A stretch of DNA of 64,000 nt, taken from assembly GCA_040904565.1 (NCBI GenBank), contig JBBDTI010000013.1, positions 32,001 through 96,000 of the forward strand. The letters run 5' to 3'. Positions within the stretch are counted from its first letter, which is position 1. Each line of letters begins with the position of its first letter. Of the stretch, positions 37,839 to 46,721 are shown piece after piece. Both the position numbers and the translations under genes were made by a program. Source of the DNA: Rhodothermales bacterium (lineage in GTDB: Bacteria; Bacteroidota; Rhodothermia; Rhodothermales; VXPQ01). The notes beneath the pieces were generated by a model, which saw only the letters and a list, made by a program, of their open reading frames with translations, was not told the origin of the DNA and made no database searches.

Positions 37839-38552
37839 ATGGCGATCGACGTACATTCAAACCGACATCTCGACGAGGAACTCGTGACGCTGCGTCGCCT
37901 CCTTTTCGAGATGTCCGAGCTGGTTGACGAGCAGGTTGCCGGGGCGATAGACGCCGTGTCGAACTGCGACGTCGAGCTGGCCCACAGGGTTCGTGAGCGC
38001 GATGATGAGGTAGACAAGCTCGAACTGGACGTGGACCATCAGTGCGAGCGTATTCTCGCACTGTTTACGCCGGTGGCCGTCGATCTGCGGCTGATCATCT
38101 CCGCGGTAAAGGTCAATACGGATCTGGAGCGGATCGGAGATCACGCCAAGAATCTGGCCAAGAATACGCAGAAACTCGAGCGATGCCTGGATCTCATCGA
38201 GAAAACACGCATCCGGGAAATGGCCGATGAGGCTCGCGGCATGCTTCACGAAGCGCAGGATGCGTTCATGAAGCAGGATCGCGTGCTGGCGCGGGAGGTC
38301 CTCGCTCACGATCGCCACGTCGATCGTCTGCACGACGAGACGCTTAAGACGATTGCCGGAATCATCCGGGCTCAGCCCGAGCGGGCCGACGAAATCGTAC
38401 ATCTCGTAAACATGAGTAAGTCGGTCGAGCGCATCGCCGACCACGCCAAGAATATCGCGGAACTCGTCGTATTCCTGGTCGAGGGGGTCGACATCCGGCA
38501 TCGAGGCGCGCAGGCAGCCGCTGCCGAAGAAGCCGGGAACGAGACGTCGTAG
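37839..38552 (+). CDS. phoU: Phosphate signalling protein PhoU
   Basis: Duplicated 'ERIGDHAKN'/'ERIADHAKN', 'P.AVDLR', 'EG.DIRH'. Confidence 0.96.
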   Translation: MAIDVHSNRHLDEELVTLRRLLFEMSELVDEQVAGAIDAVSNCDVELAHRVRERDDEVDKLELDVDHQCERILALFTPVAVDLRLIISAVKVNTDLERIGDHAKNLAKNTQKLERCLDLIEKTRIREMADEARGMLHEAQDAFMKQDRVLAREVLAHDRHVDRLHDETLKTIAGIIRAQPERADEIVHLVNMSKSVERIADHAKNIAELVVFLVEGVDIRHRGAQAAAAEEAGNETS

Positions 38553-38712
38553 GGGAGGTAGGTAGAATCAGCTCGTTGGTCATATCCACATCGGGAAGCG
38601 TATCGTAAACGGTTACGACGGATTTAACGTGTAGTCAGGAGGGTGCGGATGGTATTGCCCACCTGTATAGGCCTCCGCGACGAGTCTCGATTCCATTCGT
38701 ACGCTGCCGATA

Positions 38713-39831
38713 ATGACGCTTCGTCTCTCGACGCATCTCCCAGGGTTGCTGTGTGCCACTGCTTTCGCAGTGGTGTCTTTGTTTTTCGTGCCGGGTGCGT
38801 CCGCGCAGCAAATCGTGAACTACGGAGCCGATTTTCTCGCCGGCGGCGTGGGTGGTCGTGCGTTGGGGATGGGCGGTGCCCACGTCGGCGCCGTGCGCGA
38901 CGTCGATGCCGTATACTGGAATCCGGCCGGACTCAGCCGGATGCGCTACCCTGAGGTCGCCTACATGCACGCGGAGCGATTTGCCGGCGTCGTATCGTTC
39001 GATTATGGCAGCCTCGGATGGCCGATCAACGAGCGATCCACGTTCGGCGTCTCGTTCTTTCGCAGCGGCGTGAACGACATCAAGAACACGCTCGACGCGT
39101 GGGATCCGGAGCGCAATCAACCCAGGCCGAATCCGGAGGATCACATTTCAACGTTTTCGGCGGCCGACGCAGCCCTCTTTCTGAGTTACGCGCGACGCCT
39201 TCGATCCAGCCTGTCGATGGGCGCCTCCGCAAAGATTATCCGGCGCAACATCGGTGCCTTCGCGAAGGCCTGGGGCTACAGCTTCGACGTGGGCGTTCAG
39301 TATCGTCTCGGTTCGCTCATGCTGGGCGGGATGCTGCAGGACGCCGGGAGCATGCGGCAGTCGTGGAGCGTCGATCGCGACCGTCTCGCCAACATAGAAG
39401 ACGTATTCGGCCAGGAGATCCCGTCGGGCGGAGTGGAAGTAGTGCTACCCGTCTTGCGCCTGGGCTCAGCGTACGTTCTGACGTTCGGGGATCACGGGGT
39501 GACAGTTGGAGTGGATGTCGATCTGGCCTTCGACGGACAGCGTTCGTACGTTTTGAATACGGGCGACGTATCGTATCATCCGCGGCTCGGCGTCGAGTAC
39601 GACTTTAAGGAGCTCGTAGCGCTTCGTGCCGGACTGACGGACGTGCTGCGTCCGGAGGACGGCGACTGGGACGTGAGCCCGACGATCGGCGCCGGGCTTC
39701 ACCTGCGGCATCTCTCGTTTGACTACGGATTCGGCGACTTTGCCGGTCTCGCTTCCGACCTGGGCTTTTCGCACCGTCTGTCTGCGCGGCTCACTCTGGC
39801 ACGTTCGAAATGGGAGCGGGGCGCCGACTGA
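38713..39831 (+). CDS. PorV/PorQ-family outer-membrane barrel protein
   Basis: 'FL..GVGGRALGMGGA.......A.YWNPAGL' N-terminal signature; C-terminal 'LG.SHR.S'. Confidence 0.85.
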   Translation: MTLRLSTHLPGLLCATAFAVVSLFFVPGASAQQIVNYGADFLAGGVGGRALGMGGAHVGAVRDVDAVYWNPAGLSRMRYPEVAYMHAERFAGVVSFDYGSLGWPINERSTFGVSFFRSGVNDIKNTLDAWDPERNQPRPNPEDHISTFSAADAALFLSYARRLRSSLSMGASAKIIRRNIGAFAKAWGYSFDVGVQYRLGSLMLGGMLQDAGSMRQSWSVDRDRLANIEDVFGQEIPSGGVEVVLPVLRLGSAYVLTFGDHGVTVGVDVDLAFDGQRSYVLNTGDVSYHPRLGVEYDFKELVALRAGLTDVLRPEDGDWDVSPTIGAGLHLRHLSFDYGFGDFAGLASDLGFSHRLSARLTLARSKWERGAD

Positions 39832-39838
39832 GGCAACG

Positions 39839-41224
39839 CTATCCGCCAGGCCGCGTCCGGCGGAGATGGGCCAGGATGATGTCGCGTACACCGGTGGCGT
39901 GCACGCGCGTGGATGACAGGAGATCGGGACGGGAGGTCATCAGAAGCGGGCCGTCCTCGGGCTCATCGGGTAGACGTCCATGCGATCCCTTCACGAGGGA
40001 TGGATCCAGCGCGATAACGTCCATCAGGTACCGAAACCCCATCTTCTTCTGAAGCAGTCGGAATCCGGCTTTCAACCTGGCTGACGGCAGCTCGGGATCC
40101 AGGAAGAGTTCTACGGGATCGTAGCCAGGCTTTCGATGGATGTCTACCGTTCGCGCGTAGTCGGGCGCCCGGTCGTCGTCCAGCCAGTAGTAATAGGTAA
40201 ACCAGGCGTCCGCATCGGCAACGGCGACAAGGTCGCCCGCCCGTTCGTGATCGAGCCCGACGAGCGTCCGTTCACGACCGGAAAACACGGCCTCGACGCC
40301 CGGGACGTCGGCGACGAGTTGCTGGACGTCTTCCTGTTCGTTCGGATTGTTGACGTAGATGTGAGCCACCTGGTGGTCGGCGACGGCGAAGGCACGGCTG
40401 GCGGCGGGATCGAGGCGCTCGCGACCCAGCTCCTCCCTCACCTCAACGAAGCCTTCCCGCCGGAGGACGCGGTTCAGGGAGACGGCACGCCGGACGGGCG
40501 TGATGCCGTATTCGGATAGCACGATCACGTCGGCTCCGCGAGCCTCGAAGTGCGCGATCAACTCTTCGCAGACGGCGTCGACGGCCCGTACCTCGGCTGG
40601 AATGTGTGACGCCGACGGCCCGACCCGCTGCAGCTCGTAATCCAGGTGGGGAAGGTAGACGAGCGTGAGCGTGGGGTCGTGCAGCTCGTCGACGTGCATC
40701 GTCGCATCGGCGATCCACTGCGTCGAACGTATGGAGGTACGGGGTCCCCAGAAATGAAACAGGGGAAAGCGACCGAAGCGATCCTGCAGGTCGTGGCGAA
40801 GCGGCGATGGCGTGGTGTACACGTCCGGAATCTTGCGGCCATCCGCCGGATACATGGGACGCGGCGTGACGGCGTAATCGACCGACGAATTCATGTTGTA
40901 CCACCAGAACATGTTGGCACACGTGAACTCGGCATCGTCGCGTCGCGCACGCTCCCAGATCTTCTCCGATTCGACCAGTCGATTCGACTGATGCCAGAAC
41001 GTCACTTCACCGAGGTCGCGGAAGTACCATCCGTTGCCTACGATACCGTGGACGGACGGCACGACGCCTGTAAGAAAGGTGGATTGGACCGAGCAGGTTA
41101 CGGCGGGTAGAATCGGCGAAATCGACGCTATCTGCTTGCCGGCCGACCACCTGGAGAGAAAAGGGGCGTGCGACAGGAGCGCCGGTGTGAGTCCGACTAC
41201 ATTCAGTACGGCGAGTTTCGGCAT
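39839..41224 (-). CDS. eboF: EboF, nucleotide pyrophosphatase/alkaline-phosphatase superfamily
   Basis: 'NVVGL', 'PAVTC..QS', 'HGIVGNGWYFR', 'FWWYNM', 'FPLF.FWGP', 'YLPHLDY', 'VDIHRKPGYDP.ELF', 'GSHG'; last gene of the ebo cluster. Confidence 0.9.
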   Translation of the reverse strand: MPKLAVLNVVGLTPALLSHAPFLSRWSAGKQIASISPILPAVTCSVQSTFLTGVVPSVHGIVGNGWYFRDLGEVTFWHQSNRLVESEKIWERARRDDAEFTCANMFWWYNMNSSVDYAVTPRPMYPADGRKIPDVYTTPSPLRHDLQDRFGRFPLFHFWGPRTSIRSTQWIADATMHVDELHDPTLTLVYLPHLDYELQRVGPSASHIPAEVRAVDAVCEELIAHFEARGADVIVLSEYGITPVRRAVSLNRVLRREGFVEVREELGRERLDPAASRAFAVADHQVAHIYVNNPNEQEDVQQLVADVPGVEAVFSGRERTLVGLDHERAGDLVAVADADAWFTYYYWLDDDRAPDYARTVDIHRKPGYDPVELFLDPELPSARLKAGFRLLQKKMGFRYLMDVIALDPSLVKGSHGRLPDEPEDGPLLMTSRPDLLSSTRVHATGVRDIILAHLRRTRPGG

Positions 41225-41255
41225 GCGGCAGGTGGCTGCGATACGACGGCTTCTA

Positions 41256-41295
41256 AGCGGGCGATCAGGTGTCCTAGCGGGCTATCAGGTGTCTT
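41256..41295. repeat. 20-bp tandem repeat (2 copies) between eboE and eboF
   Basis: AGCGGGCGATCAGGTGTCCT / AGCGGGCTATCAGGTGTCTT; 18/20 identical. Confidence 0.8.
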
Positions 41296-41322
41296 ATAGG
41301 TCGAGCTGGGGACGCCTCTCGG

Positions 41323-42549
41323 TCACGCAGGGCCACCAGGTACGTTCTCCAGCACCCATGCGTATTCACGTTCGATGGAGGTGACGATGTCGGTCTTCAT
41401 CTCCTCGGGAAGGACGTCCCACGTGTAGGTCTCGATTTCGAGGTGTCGGCAGAAGTCGTCCTGAAGCGTGCCCGTAAGTGCTGGACGTATATCGTCCTGG
41501 GTCGAACGCAGCTGCTGGAATGCGTCGATGAAGATGGGCACGTGATAGTGGATGCGCCATTCCTCCGCCTCCTCATCACCGAGCTTTGGGAGGGCGTCCG
41601 GGAGGTCCGGGTAGCGATGAAGGGACCCATCGGCGGATCGGGCGACCACCTGGTGCAGGTACGTCGATTCGGCGAACGGCTCGAGGGCGGATTCCAGTTC
41701 GTCACGCGGGCGGACGTCGAGCGGCACGCGTAGCGCCGCACTGATCTGAAGCTTGCTGAGTCGAATCCCCGCACTTCTGAAGCCGGAAAGCACCTCTTCG
41801 GGCGTCTCAAATTCGACGGCAAAATGGCACGTGTCGTAACATACTCCAATATGGGTTCGAAGAATGTCTTCGGCCTGCGACTTGCTCAGACCGTACTCGC
41901 GGCGAAGGTACTTCGCTCCGCTTCGGAAGAGCCATTCTTCGAAAAAAGCGATCGTCTCCGGAGTGTTCTCGATCAGGCAGTCGGGCTCGGGCTCGATGCC
42001 GATGTGAAGGAGCTGCGCCGTTCGATTGCGGAGATCGAACAGCTGGAATGCCGCGGCGGCGAGGTGCTCCGCGCCGGCGCGGAAAGCGGACTGTCGTTCT
42101 ACGTCGAGGTCGAGCCAGGGCTTGTAAGAAAGGGGGGAGGTAGAAATACTCCCCTCCTCGCCGTCGGGCAAGAGCCGCGCAAGGACCTCGATCAGCCGCA
42201 GTGTATACTGCAGCCGCTCATCGTCTCGCCAGTCGGGCCTGTATACGTCGTCCTTGACGCGTTGCCGGTGAAAGCTACCGTACGGAAATCCGTTCAACGT
42301 GAACACGTAAAGATCGTGATCCAGAAGCAGCTGCTCGAACCGTTCCAGCTTTGCCTCATCCCCGACGAGCTCGGCCACGGCCTGATTCGACAGTCGGAGA
42401 CCCACACCCATGGCGTCTGAGGGTGAAACGAGCGCCTTCAGAGGAACCGTGTACGTCGTCAGGTTGTCCGTGACATCTTCGAGCGTCTCGCCCGGGTGGA
42501 TGTTCGTGCAATAGGTGAGGCGGTGCTCCCCTTTCGTGCCGATACGCAT
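41323..42549 (-). CDS. eboE: EboE, xylose-isomerase-like TIM barrel
   Basis: 'LTYCTNIHPGE', 'TLNGFPYG.FH...VK..VY.PDW', 'EPEP.C', 'D.CH.AV.FE', 'YLHQV', 'WR.H.HVP', 'HLE.ETYTW.VLP'. Confidence 0.93.
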   Translation of the reverse strand: MRIGTKGEHRLTYCTNIHPGETLEDVTDNLTTYTVPLKALVSPSDAMGVGLRLSNQAVAELVGDEAKLERFEQLLLDHDLYVFTLNGFPYGSFHRQRVKDDVYRPDWRDDERLQYTLRLIEVLARLLPDGEEGSISTSPLSYKPWLDLDVERQSAFRAGAEHLAAAAFQLFDLRNRTAQLLHIGIEPEPDCLIENTPETIAFFEEWLFRSGAKYLRREYGLSKSQAEDILRTHIGVCYDTCHFAVEFETPEEVLSGFRSAGIRLSKLQISAALRVPLDVRPRDELESALEPFAESTYLHQVVARSADGSLHRYPDLPDALPKLGDEEAEEWRIHYHVPIFIDAFQQLRSTQDDIRPALTGTLQDDFCRHLEIETYTWDVLPEEMKTDIVTSIEREYAWVLENVPGGPA

Positions 42550-42555
42550 ATTGGA

Positions 42556-43764
42556 TCAAGCTACATTCTTAGCGGCAGGCTGACGGTCGCGCAGCAGGGA
42601 GACGGCGCGCCGATAGATCGAGCGATCGACCTCGTGGACGTTCACGCCGCGGCCGATGTCTTCCAGCAGCATGATCGTAAGCTCTCCTCCCAGATGCTCT
42701 CGGAAGGTATCCAGCCCTTGAAAGATACATCGTGGGTGGCCCGGCTCGTCGATATGCGCTCCAAGTTCAGGTACGTAAAGGTCGAAGCCGACGCCTTCCA
42801 GGAGCTGCAGCGTCCGTTCGCAGCTTTCCTGCTCGAGCATCCCCTTTAGGTGCGAGTACGTGACGTCCAATGCGATACCGATGGCGACGGCCTCTCCATG
42901 TCGCAATTCGTATCGCGTGAGCTGCTCGAGCTGGTGCGCCGCCCAGTGGCCGAAATCCAGCGGCCGGGAAGAACCCATCTCAAACGGGTCTCCGGATGTC
43001 GCGATGTGTTCGAGGTGCAGCTCTGCGCAGCGATATATCAACGAGCTCATGGCGTGGAGATCCCTCAGGTCGGGCGAGAGCCGATCCGCGTTCCGCTCGA
43101 GCTCGGCAAAGAAGTCGGCGTCTTTCAGCAATGCCACTTTCACGGCCTCGGAAATGCCCGATCGCCAATCGCGATCTTCCAACGAATGTAGGAACGCAGC
43201 GTCGTTCAGTACGGCGAAGGGAGGAGCGAACGTGCCAAGAAAATTCTTCGTATCGAATGCATTTACACCGTTCTTCACTCCGACGGCGGCGTCGTTCTGG
43301 CTAAGTACGGTGGTCGGCACGCGAATTAGGCGGATACCTCTATGGGCCGTGCCCGCGGCATATCCTACGACATCGATGATCGATCCGCCGCCTATCGCGA
43401 TGACGAATGAATGTCGGCACAGCCCCGCGTCGTAAATGGCCTGGAGAACGCGATGTACGCTATTGGGGTCGTTCTTGGCCTCTTCACCCCCTGCAAGGAT
43501 GACCGGAGGATGCGCGAGATGAAGTTCGGGACGTTGTTGCAGGTACATCGCCACACGCTTCTCAAGGTCCGGATAGTGGTCTAGCAATCCGCCGTCTAAC
43601 ACGACCACGATCTTATGCGGTCGCGGGTCGGACGTCGAAATCATCACGTCCGCAAGCGTGTCGTTGTTCGCCGAGAAGACATCCTTCGTAAAGTGGACGT
43701 CGTAGCGGAAGGAAACCTGTATGTCTTGCCGGATTGTCTCCATGGAGGCACGCTGATTACTCAT
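42556..43764 (-). CDS. eboD: EboD, 3-dehydroquinate-synthase-like sugar-phosphate cyclase
   Basis: 'GGE..KN', 'IGGG..ID..G.AA..AHRG', 'PTTVLSQND..VGVKNG.N', 'DPFE.GS.RPLDFGHW.AH', 'LRHGEAV', 'F.EHLGG.LT'. Confidence 0.92.
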   Translation of the reverse strand: MSNQRASMETIRQDIQVSFRYDVHFTKDVFSANNDTLADVMISTSDPRPHKIVVVLDGGLLDHYPDLEKRVAMYLQQRPELHLAHPPVILAGGEEAKNDPNSVHRVLQAIYDAGLCRHSFVIAIGGGSIIDVVGYAAGTAHRGIRLIRVPTTVLSQNDAAVGVKNGVNAFDTKNFLGTFAPPFAVLNDAAFLHSLEDRDWRSGISEAVKVALLKDADFFAELERNADRLSPDLRDLHAMSSLIYRCAELHLEHIATSGDPFEMGSSRPLDFGHWAAHQLEQLTRYELRHGEAVAIGIALDVTYSHLKGMLEQESCERTLQLLEGVGFDLYVPELGAHIDEPGHPRCIFQGLDTFREHLGGELTIMLLEDIGRGVNVHEVDRSIYRRAVSLLRDRQPAAKNVA

Positions 43765-43879
43765 TACTGCAGCGCCGCATCATGTACAGGGGGCTGCATG
43801 GCGGCGGACCGCCTTTTCATACCGTCCAGTCTTCGAAAAGATCGGAACGTTTCGTCGGACTCCTTCCCGGGGCAGCCGT

Positions 43880-44779
43880 TCAGGTTACGGCAAATAGTTT
43901 TGCCATGCCGAGGGAGACGGGTAAGAGGAGCAGCACGGTGAGGCCTGCCGCCCATCCCGCAAATCCGGCGGCGAGCGTGGCATCCATTGCGACGAGGGCG
44001 AGCACGCCGGTGCGGACTGCCTTGCGGATGTGGTCGGGAGACGGCCGGGCCGCCGCCTGCACGAAGGGGGGAAAGACGAGGGATCCGAAGATCGCGAGAA
44101 ATGGCAGTGCGTGCAACGTACGGTAGTCGAGTCGAAGTCCAAGCAGAAGGAGGCCGCCCGTAACGACGGCCGCGAGGCAAACAGCCAGTGTGCCGGTGCC
44201 GCGCGAGCCGCCGTGCACTTCTCCGCGACTGATGGCGGTTACGGCACCGATGTACGCTACGGGTATCAGCCCGATATACCAGATCTCGTACAGCATTCCG
44301 GGAAGGACCGAAGCACCCAGCAGCAGGTTAGCGCCGCGGCACGCCCCCATGTTGATAGGGCCGAGGAGGGCGTGGTGTTTTCCTGCCGCATCGTAGGTAA
44401 GGGCACCTATCGCGATGGCGAGGGCCACCATGAAAGGGATGAGTCCGACCGCGAGAGCGGCCGCAAGACCGATCGCCAGCAGCACCGAGCCGTATACGGC
44501 TGCGTGCATTTGCGGAATCCTGCCGCTGGGAATGGGACGTTCCGGTCGTTCACGTGCGTCGAGTGGGGCATCGAACACATCGTTAAAGACCACCCCCCCG
44601 GCGTAGAGTCCGCCCGTTGCTGCAAGGAGGTAGAAGAGATCTCCACCGTACGGCGTCTCGAAACCGAGCAGGAAGGCACCGGCTGCGGCAAAGCCGGCCA
44701 GCACGTCGGCGAAAGCGGTGACGACGTTGGCCGGTCTGGCGAGCTCCAGATACGCTCTCAGACGTTCGACCGGCATCAT
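43880..44779 (-). CDS. eboC: EboC, UbiA-family prenyltransferase
   Basis: 'RPAN..TA.AD.LAG', 'Y.GG...ND.FD..LD..ERPERP.PSG', 'YD...K', 'MG.CRG.N.LLG', 'SRGEV.G'. Confidence 0.93.
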   Translation of the reverse strand: MMPVERLRAYLELARPANVVTAFADVLAGFAAAGAFLLGFETPYGGDLFYLLAATGGLYAGGVVFNDVFDAPLDARERPERPIPSGRIPQMHAAVYGSVLLAIGLAAALAVGLIPFMVALAIAIGALTYDAAGKHHALLGPINMGACRGANLLLGASVLPGMLYEIWYIGLIPVAYIGAVTAISRGEVHGGSRGTGTLAVCLAAVVTGGLLLLGLRLDYRTLHALPFLAIFGSLVFPPFVQAAARPSPDHIRKAVRTGVLALVAMDATLAAGFAGWAAGLTVLLLLPVSLGMAKLFAVT

Positions 44780-45705
44780 TCTATAATCACACTGTCCGAT
44801 TCGGTCCGGTCCACGACGGGCGTTTGTCCGCCTCGAAGAATCGAATTCCCACCGTATAGTTCGCGCTGGTCGATCGAGGCGGGCTCCAGCCAGTCACTCT
44901 CGGAAAACTCACCGCTCTGCCCGTATGCGGCGAGTGCGTTCTCGTACGTAACGGTTCGAATCTGCTCTTCGGGGACTCCGCGCTCGGACATCAAGCGTGC
45001 CGTCTTGGGAACGGCCAGGGGATCGCTGATGCCCCAGTCGGCCGCGCTGTTGATGAAGATCCGCTCCGTACCGTACTGGCGGACGACCTCGATCATCCGC
45101 TCGTTGCCCATTTTCGTGTTCGGATAAATCGTGAAGGCGGCCCAATAGCCGCGATCGAGGACTTCCTCCACCGTCTCCTCGTTATTGTGATCGACGATGA
45201 CGTGCGTGGGGTCGAGCTCCAGCTCGTCGCAGACGTCCATGCTGCGACTCGTACCTTCCTTCTTGTTCCGATGCGGCGTGTGGATCAGCACGAGCATGTC
45301 CAGCTCCTTGGCCAGCTCCAGCTGCCGGCGAAAGTACTTGTCTTCCGCGGGGGTCATGTCGTCATAGCCGATCTCGCCGATAGCGACGACACCTTCCTTG
45401 GCCGCGTACAGCGGGAGGAGCTCCATCACCTCTTCCGCGAGCGGCTCATTGTTCGCTTCCTTGGAGTTAAGTCCGATCGTGCAGTAGTGACGGATCCCGA
45501 ACTGTCCCGCTCGAAACCGCTCCCATCCAACGATCATCGAGAAGTAATCCTTGAAGGATCCGCGCGTGGTTCGGGACTGCCCGAGCCAGAAGGCGGGCTC
45601 GATCACGGCGACGATACCGGCGTCCCGCATCGCCTCGTAATCGTCGGTCGTGCGAGAGATCATATGCACGTGTGGATCGATGAATATCATGTCGTTCAGA
45701 GACAT
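44776..45705 (-). CDS. eboB: EboB, TatD-family metallohydrolase
   Basis: 'DPH.HM.SRTTDDY', 'EPAFWLGQ.RT', 'GLNSKEANN', 'HTPHR.K', 'DHNNE', 'ADWG.SDPLAVPKT'. Start set at MSLND (45705). Confidence 0.92.
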   Translation of the reverse strand: MSLNDMIFIDPHVHMISRTTDDYEAMRDAGIVAVIEPAFWLGQSRTTRGSFKDYFSMIVGWERFRAGQFGIRHYCTIGLNSKEANNEPLAEEVMELLPLYAAKEGVVAIGEIGYDDMTPAEDKYFRRQLELAKELDMLVLIHTPHRNKKEGTSRSMDVCDELELDPTHVIVDHNNEETVEEVLDRGYWAAFTIYPNTKMGNERMIEVVRQYGTERIFINSAADWGISDPLAVPKTARLMSERGVPEEQIRTVTYENALAAYGQSGEFSESDWLEPASIDQRELYGGNSILRGGQTPVVDRTESDSVIIE

Positions 45706-45755
45706 AGAGATGGAGGGTTTAGATGATCTAATGCGATGACGTCCGGCGGGAAAGA

Positions 45756-46664
45756 CTATGCGGGGACGGGTATCCGGTTCCGGCTGAAAGATTTCCACGT
45801 GAGCTCGCCTGACATCACACGCTGCTTCAGGTCCGGTTGCGCTGCGAGCAGGTCCCCGGCGCGATCCGAGCCGGCGTCGGCGAGCGCCAGGGCGGCAGCC
45901 TCTCGCTCCGCCTCGTCGTCGCTCTGTAGCACGCGTTCCAGCTCTTCGAGAAACGTTTCGCCCGCAAAGGGGCCTACCGGCCGCCACAACTCCGGCGATA
46001 CCGGGCGATCCGCGGCCCAGCGTTCGTGGGCGTAGTCAACGAGCATGCGGGCCAGATCGGAATTGGCGCGGTCGTCAAGCCCCCGGATCTTATGCAGCGG
46101 GCTGTCTATAAAGAGGGCCTTCAGGACCATCTGATTCCACGCCGCGTCATCGAGATACTCACTGGGATAGGGGTTGTCGTGGGCCACGGCGTTGAACACC
46201 GACTTCATGTTCGTGCGAAGTCCCTCCGCGCATCGGTCCGGAAAACGGGTCGGATGCGGAAAGAGAGGCAGCATCTGGTACAGCGCAACCGACTCGCGGA
46301 CGTCGGCCGTGGAGAAGACCTGATCGAGCGTCTCGACGTAGGCATCCGGATCCCCGTGCGGGTAAGAGAGGACGAGCACCGTCCGCCCCGCCTGGTCGAT
46401 GCTCCACCCTGACGGCGTCCATCCCGCTCTGAGCGCGCGGGCGTCGGCCACGTCCGACTCAGTTATCTCGAGATCCTCCTTGCCCAGATACCGGGGCACG
46501 GCACTGAACGCCGTGAAGAATTTCCAGGCGGGTGCCCCCGATTCGATTTCTGCCTGCTTCGCCCGAAGCCAGTCGACCTCCTCGTTTGTAGATTGACGAA
46601 CGATCCAGGCGCAGAGCAGGTCCTTGACGCGGGAGGGATCGGCTTGATGTCGGGGAGCAGTCAT
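45756..46664 (-). CDS. eboA: EboA
   Basis: 'W..DQ..R', 'E..ALY..LP', 'EGLRTNM..VF.A.A..NPYP...L...AWNQ.VLK..F', 'GL..RAN..LA.ML.DYAHERWAA.R.V.PELW'. Confidence 0.9.
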   Translation of the reverse strand: MTAPRHQADPSRVKDLLCAWIVRQSTNEEVDWLRAKQAEIESGAPAWKFFTAFSAVPRYLGKEDLEITESDVADARALRAGWTPSGWSIDQAGRTVLVLSYPHGDPDAYVETLDQVFSTADVRESVALYQMLPLFPHPTRFPDRCAEGLRTNMKSVFNAVAHDNPYPSEYLDDAAWNQMVLKALFIDSPLHKIRGLDDRANSDLARMLVDYAHERWAADRPVSPELWRPVGPFAGETFLEELERVLQSDDEAEREAAALALADAGSDRAGDLLAAQPDLKQRVMSGELTWKSFSRNRIPVPA

Positions 46665-46683
46665 GAGATCTGTGCGTTAAAGA

Positions 46684-46698
46684 TGTTATAATCTAACA
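46684..46698. promoter_or_regulatory. Overlapping divergent extended -10 elements / TGTTA-N5-TAACA inverted repeat between eboA and mtnA
   Basis: + strand TGTTATAAT (46684-92); - strand TGTTAGATT (46698-90). Confidence 0.6.
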
Positions 46699-46721
46699 GT
46701 ACATAATAAACCTTCCGTCTA

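Noticed and set aside
42556-43764. EboD as housekeeping aroB
   Set aside because: It has Ebo-type motifs (AHRG, RPLDFGHW, EHLGG) and sits inside the ebo cluster.
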